From: Phyllobates terribilis
Lineage: Eukaryota
Direction of reading: 5' to 3'
DNA: 64,000 nt
Assembly (NCBI RefSeq): GCF_046119375.1
Contig: NW_027362767.1
Location: forward strand, 262,322,001-262,386,000
Shown here: piece by piece, positions 35,415 to 47,639 of the stretch
Layout of the letters: the number at the start of each line of letters is the position of its first letter
Numbering within the stretch: the stretch's first letter is position 1
Program-made: the position numbers and the translations under genes
The notes under the pieces: model-generated
What the model was told of the DNA's origin: nothing
Database searches by the model: none
Seen by the model: the letters and a program-made list of their open reading frames with translations, nothing else

Positions 35415-35513
35415 CGCCACTCGTGGGATCTTGGCCGGCAGCGCGTCGCCGAGATACTTCTCTATTCCTGCTGTTTGTAGCTGCAGTTTTTCACACTGAT
35501 CGACGATCTTGTT
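35415..35513 (-). CDS. BSPRY: BSPRY coding exon 2 (99 nt)
   Basis: Acceptor tttcttctcag; NKIVDQCEKLQLQTAGIEKYLGDALPAKIPRVA; donor gcg|gtaatt; phase 0-0. Confidence 0.92.
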
Positions 35514-36899
35514 CTGAGAAGAAAACGTTTCATTAGTGACTTCTGTGATGACAGCGGTGGGATCAATAAGGACATCTCCGCCGAGCACAGACCTGACAGA
35601 TCACTGCTGCTTGCTGTCAGTGAATGGATAAGAATACCCCTTCTATTAGCGTAAAGGATAACTCCGCTTCAGGGATGGCAGCAGTTGTCCTGACAGAGAA
35701 GCTGAGATATAAGGTGCTGTCTGTAGAGCTGCTGATCCCTATGGAGAAGTGATACCCACATGTCGGCCGGTAACCCAACTCCTGAGGTGTTCTCTGCCCT
35801 GAACTCCAGGAGCCAAGGAATCAGGCCAGGAATAAAGGCGTCCATTGTGTGCGGGCCAGATGTAGAGAATGCAGCATTCTTGTCATAGGCGACCATGATG
35901 AGAGCGGCCACAGATCTGTCTCCGGATGGAGATAACTGAGCAGATTATTCTATTTAAAGGGGAACTCCTGTTGGATTTTACTTTAAAGTAGGGATCCACC
36001 TTAATTCATTTCTGCTTTAATTTCATTACTAATGTGCACCAGAGAGATCTGTGATGGGGCAGCGAAACTAACCAGCCTCTACCAATCCTGGAGTGGCTGA
36101 TACCAGGGAACAATAGATTGCACCCAGCTAGGAGGCACACTAGGAGGCTGACTCTAGAAGTCCTACGAGAACGTGAAATCTCCCCTAGTCAGTTCTTCAT
36201 CTCAAGGCAGCGCCATGGTGACCGCTGCATGGGGCGAGGGGTCTGACAACCCAGGAATTCCCCAGTTCCTCCCTGTTGTCAAGACACTCAGCATTGTTAT
36301 GGGGACACAGGCTATTCTTGTTTTGGTGATATGATGGCTGTCACTGCTATGAGGGAACTGTAACAGAGCACTGAGGATGTCATCGTTATGGGGGCACTGT
36401 TGTCACAGTTATGGGGGCATTGTGAAAATCATTGTTATGGAGGGCACTGACTGTCACTGTTATAAGGACGCGGTGGATGTCACTTTTATGGGAGGCACAG
36501 GCAGTCACCATTTTGTTGGCCTATTGGCGGATACTTTTTTTGTGGGGAATTTGGTTGTCACTGTTATAGAGGCAATATTGTCACTGTTATGAAGGCACTA
36601 GTAAAGTCACCATTATGGGGGGCACTGCGGCTGTAATTATTATAGGTTATAATATGCCTGCGTCCTTCTCAGCCCTTATTCACATTACGTCACTTGACAT
36701 ATGGTAAGGTTTTAATACTAGATGTAAGGACCGTCTCTAATAGGGTCATCTTGACGTGGTGGGATGGCTTTTATGTTTATTTGATCAAAATTATATTAAC
36801 TAAGTACCCGATATTATTTTCATCCACTATTGCTATTTATTTACTTGCTGCAGAGTATTTGCGTATTTTGTTTTTATCTTATGTTTTGTAGGTTATTAT

Positions 36900-38505
36900 A
36901 TGGCTGTCACTGTTATGGGGGAGATTATGGAGGTCACTGTTGTGGGGCTATTATGACAGGCACTGTGGAGAAATTTGTGGCTGTCACTATTATGAGGAGA
37001 CTTTGGTTATGGTGATTTTGAGGTCAGGCACTGTTATGGGGGCACAGTTGTCTCTGTATTGGGACCTCTGTAGCTGTTACTGTTATGGGGACTATTAGGA
37101 CAGGCACTGTTATGGGGGAACAGTTTTCTCTTTATGGAGACCTCTGTGAATGTCACTGTTATGTTGGCTATTAGGGCAGGCACTGTTATGGGGGCACAGT
37201 TGTCTGTGTATTGTGGGTTTTGTAGCTGTCACTGTTATGGGGCACAGCTGTCTTTGTATTGGAGCCTTTTTGGGGCTGTCACTATTATGGGAGCACAGCT
37301 GTCTCTGTATTGGGGGCTTTGTGGCTGTCACTATTATAAGGGCACAGTTGTCTCTGTATCGGGAGTTTTGTGTCTGTCACTGTTATGGGGGCATAGCTGT
37401 CTCTGTAGTGGGGGCTTTGTGACTGTAACTGTTATGGGGGCACAGCTGTCTGTATCCGGGGCTTTGTGGCTGTCACTGTTATGGGGACACATCTGTCTCT
37501 ATATCAGTTGCCTTGTGGCTGTCACTGTTATGGGGCACAGCTGGCTCGGTATCGGGGGCTTTGTGGCAGTCTCTTATGGGGGCACAGCTGTCTCTGTATT
37601 GGGGGCTATTAGGGCACTGTTATGGGGCACAGCTGTCTGTATCGGGACTTCTGTGGCTGTCACTGTTATGGGGGCACAGCTGCCTCTGTATCGGGGGCTT
37701 TGTGGCTGTCACTATTATGGGGCTTTGTGGCTGTCACTGTTATGGGGCACAGCAGTCTCTGTATCGGGGGCTTTGTGGCTGTCACTGTTATGGGGACACA
37801 GCTGTCTCTGTTATAGGACTTTGTGGCTGTCACTGTTATGGGGCTTTGTGGCTGTCACTGTTATGGGGCACAGCTGTCTCTGTATTGGGGGCTTTGTGGC
37901 TGTCTCTTATGGGGGCACAGCTGTCTCTGTATTGGGGGCTATTAGGGCAGGCACTGTTATGGGGCACAGCTGTCTGTATCGGGACTTCTGTGGCTGTCAC
38001 TGTTATGGGGGCACAGCTGCCTCTGTATCGGGGGCTTTGTGGCTGTCACTGTTATGGAGCTTTGTGGCTGTCACTGTTATGGGGCACAGCTGTCTCTGTA
38101 TCGGGGGCTTTGTGGCTGTCACTGTTATGGGGCACAGCTGTCAATGTATTGGGGGCTTTGTGGCTGTCTCTGTTATGGGAACACAGCTGTCTCTGTATGG
38201 GGGGCTTTGTGGCTGTCACTGTTATAGGGCACAGCTGTTTCTGTATTGGGGGCTTTGTGGCTGTCACTGTTATGGGGCACAGCGATCTCTGTATCGGGGG
38301 CTTTGTGGCTGTCACTGTTATAGGGCACAGCTGTTTCTGTATTGGGGGCTTTGTGGCTGTCACTGTTATAGGGCACAGCTGTTTCTGTATTGGGGGCTTT
38401 GTGGCTGTCACTGTTATGGGGCACAGCTGTCTCTGTATCGGGGGCTTTGTGGCTGTCTCTGTATCGGGGGCTTTGTGGCTGTCTCTGTTGTGGGGGCACA
38501 GTGAT
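36900..38505. repeat. Degenerate GT-rich tandem repeat (about 48-bp composite unit) in BSPRY intron 1
   Basis: Recurring ggggcacagctgtctctgtattgggggctttgtggctgtcactgttat; older degenerate copies at about 36290-36640. Confidence 0.9.
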
Positions 38506-39172
38506 AATAGTATTATAGCTGCCTATATCTATGGCAGGTGGGTTTCATCCCTGGTTCCCAGCTCTCTCCGGTATGTGTAGAGCGTGTAGGGCGCAGTGAG
38601 TCAGCGTCGTGCGCGGCTCGTGTCACCGCGGTGTCACCCAGGAAATGGCAGATATGAGGGAAAACCCGCGACATTCCTCTCCTTCCTCTCCCACTATGGT
38701 CTATAGGTGATCCGTCATCAGACTTTTTAGGGTATGCTCACATGTTTAGGATCTGGTGCGGATTTCAGCGCTTTCCTGGACTCTAGAAGGGCACGCCTGG
38801 GAAAGCTGGAACCATATCAGAAAAGTATAATGCATGTCACCCAGCTTACCAAGGGACAGAAAAAGCGAAACTTAGAAAACCTGCAAAACATCCCCCTGAG
38901 CCCACGCGCAGTGTCGCCCCCTCCTGCTGGCACGGGCACGGCCTGGCAGGTGTGATTGGCTTGCTTGGCACAGAAGAAATCATCTGTACACAATTCTTCC
39001 TTCTGCTGCAATGAGTCAGGTCTCTGCTGCAACACACTCCCCTCCTCCTGCTGCACACAAGGGTGCTCCAGCGTTAACCCTAGGATGGCCAACCGCACTG
39101 CAGGGTGGCATCGGAGGGGCACAGCTCTGCAATGCAGGGGGGAGAGGGGGATTTGGCATGAGGACTACTCAC

Positions 39173-39565
39173 CCGTATCTGGGATGCCCTTTCTTCTGCT
39201 GGCTTGGTCCGGTGAGCTTGGCAGGTGCCCAGGGATTTGCACTGGGCACAGATGAGCTTGTATTCCTGATAACAGAAGAGGGTAAGCTGGTGCCCATGGT
39301 CCCTGCAGGTGTCGGGCACTGATAAATCTACAGGTCCCTGTTGCACTTCAATCTGTCCAGGTGATAGATGGTCTTCAAGATCAATGGTCTCCTCCTTGGA
39401 GCTGTCCAGGGATAAGGTGGCCAGGGAACCATCAGGGATCCACTCCACAGCGAAGGGAGACGTCCTGTCCATGTCCAGCTTCCCAGATCCATCCCAGGAA
39501 TGAGAGCCAGTGATCACCCAGAGAGCAGGCTGGGGGTCTCCAGGAGCAGAGCCTGGGTGGGACAT
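39173..39565 (-). CDS. BSPRY: BSPRY coding exon 1 (N-terminus plus B-box)
   Basis: ATG at 39565 (MSHPGSAPGD); B-box CRDHGHQLTLFCYQEYKLICAQCKSLGTCQAH; donor cgg|gtgagt; the six exons total 1398 nt (465 aa). Start codon choice is inferred. Confidence 0.85.
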
Positions 39566-39980
39566 GCTGGGGGTGAGCAGGACCCTGGAGAGAGGAGGTC
39601 TGGGGCTGCCAGCAGCCTGCGCTCCTGCACCTGTCTCCAGGTAGAGAGAGACAGAGACAGCCCCAGGGAGGAGCCAGTGACACAAAGTCACCAAGGAGAG
39701 ACTGTGACAGATCCTCTGATCTGGACCCCGACCAATCGCTGAGGGCAGGAAGAGCAATGATGGGACTTGTAGTTCCACAACTGCTGCAGGATACAAGGAC
39801 ACGACTGGATGATCACACGGGGGTCTCACAGATCAATAGAAATAGCACATCTGGCACCAGGTCACCGGATAGATCCTGGAGAATTCTGCCCGATCCTAGT
39901 GACTTATTATGGGGTCTGAGATTGTGCGATTCTCACCTAGCAAATATGTCAGGGGTCCTGAAAGTTGTAAGATAGCCAGA

Positions 39981-40041
39981 CATTCATCCATCCATTCATT
40001 CATCCATCCATTCAATCATTCATTGATCCATTCATTCATTC
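39981..40041. repeat. (CATT/CATC)n microsatellite
   Basis: Direct reading of the sequence. Confidence 0.85.
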
Positions 40042-40439
40042 CTGGACAGTCAGTAAATTTTGGACACTTATTTCCTGTTTAAGAAATTGATGCGTCCGTG
40101 ATTATTTCGAATTATTGTGAGTGTAATTCTCATTATTTTACAGCTCACAGTGACTGTGGCTGATGTTTTATATCAGAATTATGGGCTGGAGGCATGGATT
40201 AAGTAATACCTTAGAGTCACTGTGGTTTTAAGTCTTATTTCACAAGTCAATAATACACAAGAAAATAAACAACGTTATATCTTATCAGAGAAATCTGCTT
40301 CTTCCTCCTGGACTGATCTTTACTCTCAATTCATCTGTATTCAGTGATGACCAATGTTCCCATTACTGAGATAGGAGATGACAGCTGGTGCTTATAAGAT
40401 TCTATGGAGAGAAAAGGGGCTAGAGGCAGACACCGACAT

Positions 40440-41610
40440 TGTGCTGTGGGTGTACATTGGGTGTCGCACCGGGGGCTGTGGTATGACATTGGGTGTCCCA
40501 CTGCGTACTTTGGGCACTGTGGGTGTTCCGCTTCATACTCTGGGTGCCCCACTGCGTGCTCTGGGTGCTGTGGGTGTCCCGCTCTGTGTTCTGGTTCTGT
40601 GGCTGTTCCACTGCGTGCTCTGGGTGCTGTGGGTGTCCCGCTGCGTTTTCTGGTACTTTGGGTGTTCCACTGCGTACTCTGGGTGCTGTGGGTGTTCCCG
40701 TGCGTGTTTTGATTCTGTGGGTGTCCTGCTGCCTGTTCTGGTTTTGTGGGTGTCCCACTTCATACACTGGGGGCTGTGGGTGTCCTGCTTCATACTCTGG
40801 GTGCTGTGGGTGTTCCACTTCATACTCTGGGTGCTGTGGATGTCCAGCTTCACACTCTGGGTGCAGTGGGGGTCCAGCTTCATATTCTGGGTGCAGTGGG
40901 TGTCCCGCTGCATACTCTGGGTGCCCCGCTTCATACTCTGGGTGCTGTGGGTGTTCTGCTTCATACACTGGGGGCTGTGGGTGTCCCACTTCATACACTG
41001 GGGGCTGTGGGTGCCCCACTTCATATTCTGGGTGCTGTTGGGTGTCCCGCTTCATATTCTGGGTACTGTGGCTGTCCCGTTCATACTCTGGATGCTGTGG
41101 GTGTCTCGCTTCATATTCTGGGTACTGTGGGTGTCCCGCTTCATACTCTGCATGCTGTGGGTGTCCCGCTTCATATTCTGGGTACTGTGGGTGTCCCGCT
41201 TCATACTCTGGGTGCTGTGGGTGTCCCGCTTCATACTCTGGGTGCTGTGGGTGTCCCGCTTCATATTCTCGGTGCTGTGGGTTTCCTGCTGTGTGCTCTG
41301 GGTGTTTTTGGTGTTCCGCTGCGTGCTCTGGTTCTGTGGGTGTCCCACTGCATACTCTGAGTGCTTTGGGTGTCCCGCTTCATATTCTTGGTCCTGTGGG
41401 TGTCCTACTGCGTGCTCTGGATGTTGTTGGTGTCCCGCTGCGTGCTCTCGTTCTGTGGGTTCCCACTGCATACTCTGAGTGTTGTGGGTGTCCCGCTTCA
41501 TACTCTGGGTGCTAAGGGTGTCCCGCTGCATGCTCTGGGTTTGGGCATGTGCCACTGCGTAGTGTCCTGCTTCATACTCTGGGTGCTATAGGTGTCCCGC
41601 TGGGTGCTGC
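40440..41610. repeat. 30-bp minisatellite upstream of BSPRY
   Basis: Unit gggtgctgtgggtgtcccgcttcatactct with variants. Confidence 0.92.
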
Positions 41611-43042
41611 GGCTTTTCCTTCAGTTGTCTATGACCTCCTGATGTGACACTGAGGAATGTGCATATCCATAGATAAGTGCTGTGTACAGGAGATCGCCTC
41701 ATAATAGGTTACCTATTTATCACCAGTCATACAGGGAACCTTCTGGGAGCAGTGCTGTTCAGGACTCTAGGAAAGCTGGGTGTGTGATGTCACTACAGGC
41801 TGCACTGAATCAATCTCTGTGGGATCAGTCAGCGCTGGATGAAGGGCTCTGGGATTTAGGATCGTTTCCTCATCTACATGAGGAACAACACGTTTGACCA
41901 GTTCTCCCACTAATAAGAAAAGGCCACCGGTATCTCGATTTCACAACTAGGGCGGACTGGATATGATGGAAGATGTGTCATGTTTCTCACAATTATTGTG
42001 TGAGGGAAGCCATAGACATAGTCACCAGCTATCCCGAATAGAGGGAAGGAAGGATTGCTCCTGCTCTCGCTCACCCGGCCAGTCCATATTTTATATTCCA
42101 AGTGCTTATTACTGATAAAAACACATAACAAGAATACTGGATCAGTCAACAACTGCTTGCTGATGGTTTCCACATAACAACAATAGAAACAATTCAAACA
42201 ATGTTGATTCGTTGACACAAAATGACCATCTACCTTATAATTAAGTGACAGTGGTGAACAAGTCATCCAGAGAGCTGTAAAAATCAGGTTAAACGTGTTA
42301 CACCAGTAATGTCGGATAGTGTTAGAGATGACTAACAAACATGGAGGATCTGCGACATCAGTTGTCACCGGCAGGATCGGCCATCTCTCTTGACGACCTG
42401 GCCGTATATAACTTTGTAGGCACCAGGCGAGGAAGGGGTTGTGTGCATGCTGGTAGGACAAGGGAGCTGTCGTTCACCCTCACATGAACATCACCACACT
42501 TACCCACGGCAGGGCCGGCTCCAGGTTTATCAGGGCCCTAGGGCCGCTCTTCACTTTTGATCTCTCCTTCTCACCTTCCAAGATTTTTGGTAAATTGTTT
42601 CTTTTTTTTGTATGCTGCAAGCTGTAGTTTTCACAACTACCATTTTGGGATCCACCTAACATTCTGATCTCGTTTTGTTTTATATTTTTTGGGATGCAAA
42701 GTGACGAAAAATCAGTGATTCCGCAATTTTGATGTTTTTTTTCATTTAGGCGTTAGCTGAATAAAATAAATATGACATTTTATTAGTTCAGACAGTTATG
42801 CACATAGGACTTGAATCTGTGTGATTGCTTGTGATACATGTAGGGCAGTATGGTGGCTCAGTGGTTAGCACTGGGGTCCTGGGTTCAAATCCCACCAAGG
42901 ACAACATCTGCAAGGAGTCTGTATGTTCTCCCTGTGTTTGTGTGCGTTTCCTCTGAGTTCTCCAGTTTCCTCCCACACCCCAAAGACATACTGATAGGGA
43001 ATGTAGATTGTGAGCCCCAATGGTGACAGTGCCGATAATGTC

Positions 43043-46000
43043 ATAGTTACATAGTTTATAAGGCCGAAAAAAGACAAGTGTCCATCCAGTTCAGCCTATT
43101 TCTTGTGCACTGCAGCTATTCCGCAGCATTGATCCAGGGGAAGGCAAAAAAACCCCATGCGGTATAGGTCAATTTACGTCATTGAGGAAAAATTCACTTC
43201 CCGACTCCAATCTGGCAGTCAGATTAAATCCCTGGATTAATTAACTATCACTAAGCATAAGATGTAATTTTATTGTTCTCAAGAAAGGCGTCCAGGCCTC
43301 TCTTGAACTCATTAAGTGAGTTGGACATCATCACTTCCTCTCCCAGAGAGTTCCAGAGTCTCACGGCTCTGACCGTAAAGAATCCCCTTCTATGCTGGTG
43401 CAGGAACCTCCTTTCCTCCAGACGCATAGTGTGCCCCCTCGTCTTTGTCACCATCCTTGGTATAAACAGGTCATGGGAGAGATCTCTGTACTGCCCCCTG
43501 ATGTATTTATACATGTTTATGAGGTCTCCCCTAAGCCTTCTCTTTTCCAACGTAAATAGACCTAATTTTGACAACCTCTCTGGGTATTCTAGTCCCTCCA
43601 TTCCCTTTATTACCTTAGTCGCCCTCCTTTGTACCCTCTCTAGCTCCAATATGTCTTTCCTGAGCACCGAAGCCCAGAACTGTGCACAATATTCTAAGTG
43701 CGGCCTTACCAGTGCTTTATACAGAGGAAGAACAATGTTCTCATCATATACCCCTATTCCTCTTCTGATGCATGCCATGACTCTATTTGCCTTCGCAGCT
43801 GCTGCCTGACACTGGGCACTCCAATTTAATTTGCTGTTAACCAAGACGCCCAGGTCCTTCTCCATGTCAGATTTCCCCAACGGTTTCCCATTTAATATGT
43901 ATGGGTGACTGCTGTTTTTCTTTCCCATGTGCATGACCTTACATTTATCGGCATTGAACCCCATTTGCCACTTTTTGGCCCAACTCCCCAATTTATCTAA
44001 ATCCTCCTGTAGCTGTGCCCTATCCTCATCTGTATTAACTACTTTACAAAGTTTAGTATCATCTGCAAATATTGCTATTTTACTATGCAACCCTTCCACT
44101 AGATCATTAATAAATATATTAAATAATATAGGGCCCAAGACAGACCCTTGAGGCCCCCCGCTAGTAACCCTGACACCCCCTGAGCTTACTCCATTGATAA
44201 CCACCCTCTGCTTTCTATCACTCAGCCAGCTATTCACCCACTTGCACACATTATCCCCCAGACCAAGCATTCTCATTTTATATACCAACCTTTTGTGTGG
44301 CACGGTATCAAACGCTTTGGAGAAGTCAAGGTATACAACATCCACTGACTCTTCCCGGTCCAGCTGTGAGCTCACCTCCTCGTAGAAGGCCATCAGGTTT
44401 GTTTGGCAGGAGCGATCCCTCATGAATCCATGTTGATATGGAGTTAGACAGTTATTATCATTAAGATATTCTACAATAGCATCTCTAAGAAATCCTTCAA
44501 ACAATTTACCCACAACAGACGTTAAGCTGACTGGTCTATAGTTCCCAGGGTCACTTTTAGACCCCTTTTTGAATATTGGTACCACATTTGCTTGGCGCCA
44601 GTCTAGTGGGACAGTCCCTGTCCATAAAGAGTGCTTGAATATAAGATACAGCGGTCTGTCTATCACATTACTTAATTCTTTTAGTACCCGGGGGTGTATG
44701 CCATCTGGGCCTGGTAACTTGTCTATTTTGATATTATTTAGGCGTTTCTGAACTTCCTCCTGGGTTAGGTGGGTGATATTTAGCGGAGGGTTTACTTTAT
44801 CACTCTGCATTTCCTCCGATAAATTGTTTTCTTTTGTGAAAACAGTGGAGAAGAAGCTATTGAGTAGGTTTGCTTTACCCTCATCGCCCTCTATGATTTT
44901 ACCCAGGTTATTTTTCAATGGGCCAACTCCATCAGTTTTAATCCTTTTACTGTTTATATAGTTAAAGAACAGTTTGGGATTCATTTTACTTTCTTTGGCA
45001 ATTAGTCTCTCTGTCTCCTCTTTTGCTATTCTTATTTGTTTCTTACAGATTTTGTTTTTTTCCCTATAAGATATTAGCGCTTCCTCGCTGCCTTCTTGTT
45101 TAAGTTTAGTGAAAGCCCTTTTTTTGTTTTTCATTGCCCTCTTGACTTCCTTATTTAGCCACATTGGCTTCCTCCTATTCCTAGCCCTTTTATTCCCATA
45201 AGGTATGTACCTTCTACAGTGACTATGTAGGACTGTTTTGAAAATTTCCCATTTTCTATCCGTGCTCCTATTACTAAAGATACTATCCCAGTCTATAAGG
45301 TGAAGGGCATCTCTTAGCTGATCAAACTTTGCCCTCCTGAAGTTCAGTGTTTTTGTGACTCCCTTGCTGGGCACCTACTGAAGCACATGTGGAATTGTAT
45401 AATGTTGTAGTCACTATTTCCCAGGTGCCCCCCGACCTGCACCTCAGTTATTCTGTCTGGCCTGTTAGTTAATATTAAGTCTAAAAGGGCCGTCCCTCTA
45501 GTTGGTTCCTGCACAAGTTGTGACAAATAATTGTCTTTGATAATTGACAGAAACCTGTTTCCTTTCTGAGATCTACAGCTTTCAGTTTCCCAGTCTATAT
45601 CGGGGTAGTTGAAGTCCCCCATAATAATCACCTCGTTATTTTTTGCTACTTCGTCTATTTGTCTCATTAATAGACTTTCCGTGGCTTCTGCTATATTTGG
45701 TGGTTTATAACAGACTCCTATGATAATTTTATTATTGTTTTTTGCCCCATGTATCTCCACCCATAAGGACTCGACCTCCTCATTTCCCTCCCATACATCC
45801 TCCCGTATTGTAGGCTTTAGACACGTCTTTACATATAGACAGACTCCACCCCCTTTCCGATTTCTTCGATCCCTTCTAAACAGACTGTAACCCTGTAAGT
45901 TAACTGCCCAGTCATAGCTTTCATCTAACCATGTCTCGGTTATTCCCACTATGTCATAGTTACCTGTAGATATTTCTGCTTCCAGTTCATCCATCTTGTT

Positions 46001-46193
46001 TGTCAGGCTTCTGGCATTTGCTAGCACGCAGTTGACACGATTTTGTTTTGTTCCAATCTTCTCCCTGTGGATTGTGTTAGAAATTTTCTTACCTCCCTTC
46101 CAAGTATCTTGTCTTGGACCTTCTTTGTCGCACTTCATATCTTTCATTAGTATGTTCTCTGGTTTCATGTTCGTGTCCGGCGTTTTTCTTCCC
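43043..46193 (-). mobile_element. 5'-truncated CR1 non-LTR retrotransposon (about 3.15 kb)
   Basis: ORF2 with APE endonuclease and RT; 3' tail ctatgtaactatg; ATGTC duplicated at 43038-43042 and 46194-46198. Confidence 0.93.
43251..46193 (-). pseudogene. CR1 ORF2 (endonuclease plus reverse transcriptase) with one frameshift near 45372
   Basis: NARSL, GITETW, GDFNYPD and LDLILT endonuclease motifs; YLDFSKAFD, PQGSVLGP and FADDTK RT motifs; two long frames join at agtagg/gtgccc. Confidence 0.92.
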
Positions 46194-47229
46194 ATGTCTG
46201 TGAAGCGATGTGGAATTAATGATGTTATATAAGTAAAATAAATAAATAAAATACAAAGTAATAATGTAAAATTACTGATCTCCTATGATCCCGTGACACA
46301 GGTGTATACAAACATGGTGGGCACGGGGCCATTCAGAAAACCCATGACAACATCATCAGCTCCCCATTTCTAACTGCTTAAATGCCGCTGTCACAATTGG
46401 CAGCAGCAGCATCTAAGGGGTTAAGCAGCTGTGATCAGAGCCCATGTCACACATGCAATATGCAGGGGGATGAGTGGCCCCTAGGTGCAGTGGATATAGC
46501 CCATGCAGGGCTAGCTGGGTGCAGGTGCCAATCTTGCCCATGTGCTTGGTTAGGCAGCAATACCAGTCACAGCCCATGGGCAAGAGTGGTGCTATCTGTA
46601 AAATCACATTCTAGTTTCCTTTTTGAAGGGTATTCCCAACTAATAAAGTGACGACCCCCACAGACCCTAAAATTAATTGTAACATCTTTCTTTTTAACGT
46701 TTTCCCTGCACAGTAATCCTCCCTGACCAACTGGCTGCACAGGGGACTGCAGCTGGCCCAATTCACTGTGGTGGAGGCACATGCTCCAGTTTTCCGCACA
46801 CAGGCGCCAATTTTATATGGAGCTTAAAAACATTCGGGTAATAAAATAACATTTCTTAGGCCAGATGCGAAATCATCGTGTATAGCCGGGGACTGGTGCA
46901 TGTGCCTGGCAATATATCACCATGGAAACATAACCATATGGACTCAGACTTCAATGCCCTTGCAACCAATCAGATTCCAGCTCTCATTTTTAACCCCTCA
47001 ACCCCCCCTTGGACACATGAAAGCGGAAACCTGATTGGTTGCCACGTAAATCTCCCCTTAGTACTGGCTGTGCCGCTTTTTTTGCACTGAGATTGTGAAC
47101 TGTAGCAGGTCAGGGCTATAATATCCAATAGGACCGGGACTCTGGTGGTGAGGCCGAGACAGTGCACAAGCGTCACGGGTACAATTCCCACGTGTAAGGG
47201 GAGGAACCAAAGCGTCCCGCTCAGCGGGG

Positions 47230-47356
47230 AGGCTTTTCCAGGTAACACCCGGTCCCTGGTAACCGGCGCCGCGTTGCTAAGGAGGCAGGGAGTCAGCAGC
47301 AGAAGGTGGCGGGGAGGATGAAGCAGCCCCGGGGGCGGCAGGAGGAGCCGTGTGGG
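47230..47356 (+). promoter_or_regulatory. WDR31: Probable WDR31 promoter and first exon with clustered RFX X-box-like motifs
   Basis: GC/CpG-rich; ttttccaggtaac (47234), gtccctggtaac (47252), gttgctaagg (47273); candidate donor ggg|gtaact at 47357. Assignment is inferred. Confidence 0.5.
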
Positions 47357-47639
47357 GTAACTGCTCTTCCTTTATGTGTATACTGTGTGACTACGACCCG
47401 CATCACCCCAGCCTGTGGGCGTTCTCTCATATCCCGCACTATTTGTCCATCAGTTGTATCTGCTTTCTTATATCCGCTATTATTTTCTATGTAGACATGT
47501 GTATCCTGTATATTCTCGCCTCTTATGCGCCATATTGTATCTGCACGTGACGTCACATTCGCAGTTTCGCCATGGAGTCGTCCTGTCAGTCATATAGTTA
47601 GGCCGCGACGATTGTGTGGCGAAACATCGCCGTACGCCG

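Larger units (their letters stand above)
42843..46250 (+). mobile_element. tRNA-derived SINE (V-SINE-like) split by a CR1 insertion: head and body 42843-43042, tail 46194-46250
   Basis: A box tggctcagtgg (42854-42864), B box gggttcaaatccc (42881-42893); the tail atgtctgtgaagcgatgtggaattaat...aataaataaa resumes after the CR1. Confidence 0.8.

Noticed and set aside
38734-39122. Cys-rich ORFs next to the B-box exon as an extra BSPRY exon
   Set aside because: Exon 1 joins exon 2 in phase 0 without them, and they show no BSPRY similarity; likely intronic regulatory sequence.
37134-41555. Cys/Gly-rich or hydrophobic ORFs of 200-450 aa
   Set aside because: Translations of the 48-bp and 30-bp tandem repeats in several frames at once.
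41910-42461. 183-aa minus-strand ORF
   Set aside because: No recognisable domain or splice context; treated as a chance ORF pending a homology search.
42843-42900. tRNA gene suggested by A and B boxes
   Set aside because: No cloverleaf; it is the tRNA-derived head of a SINE whose body recurs at 18420.
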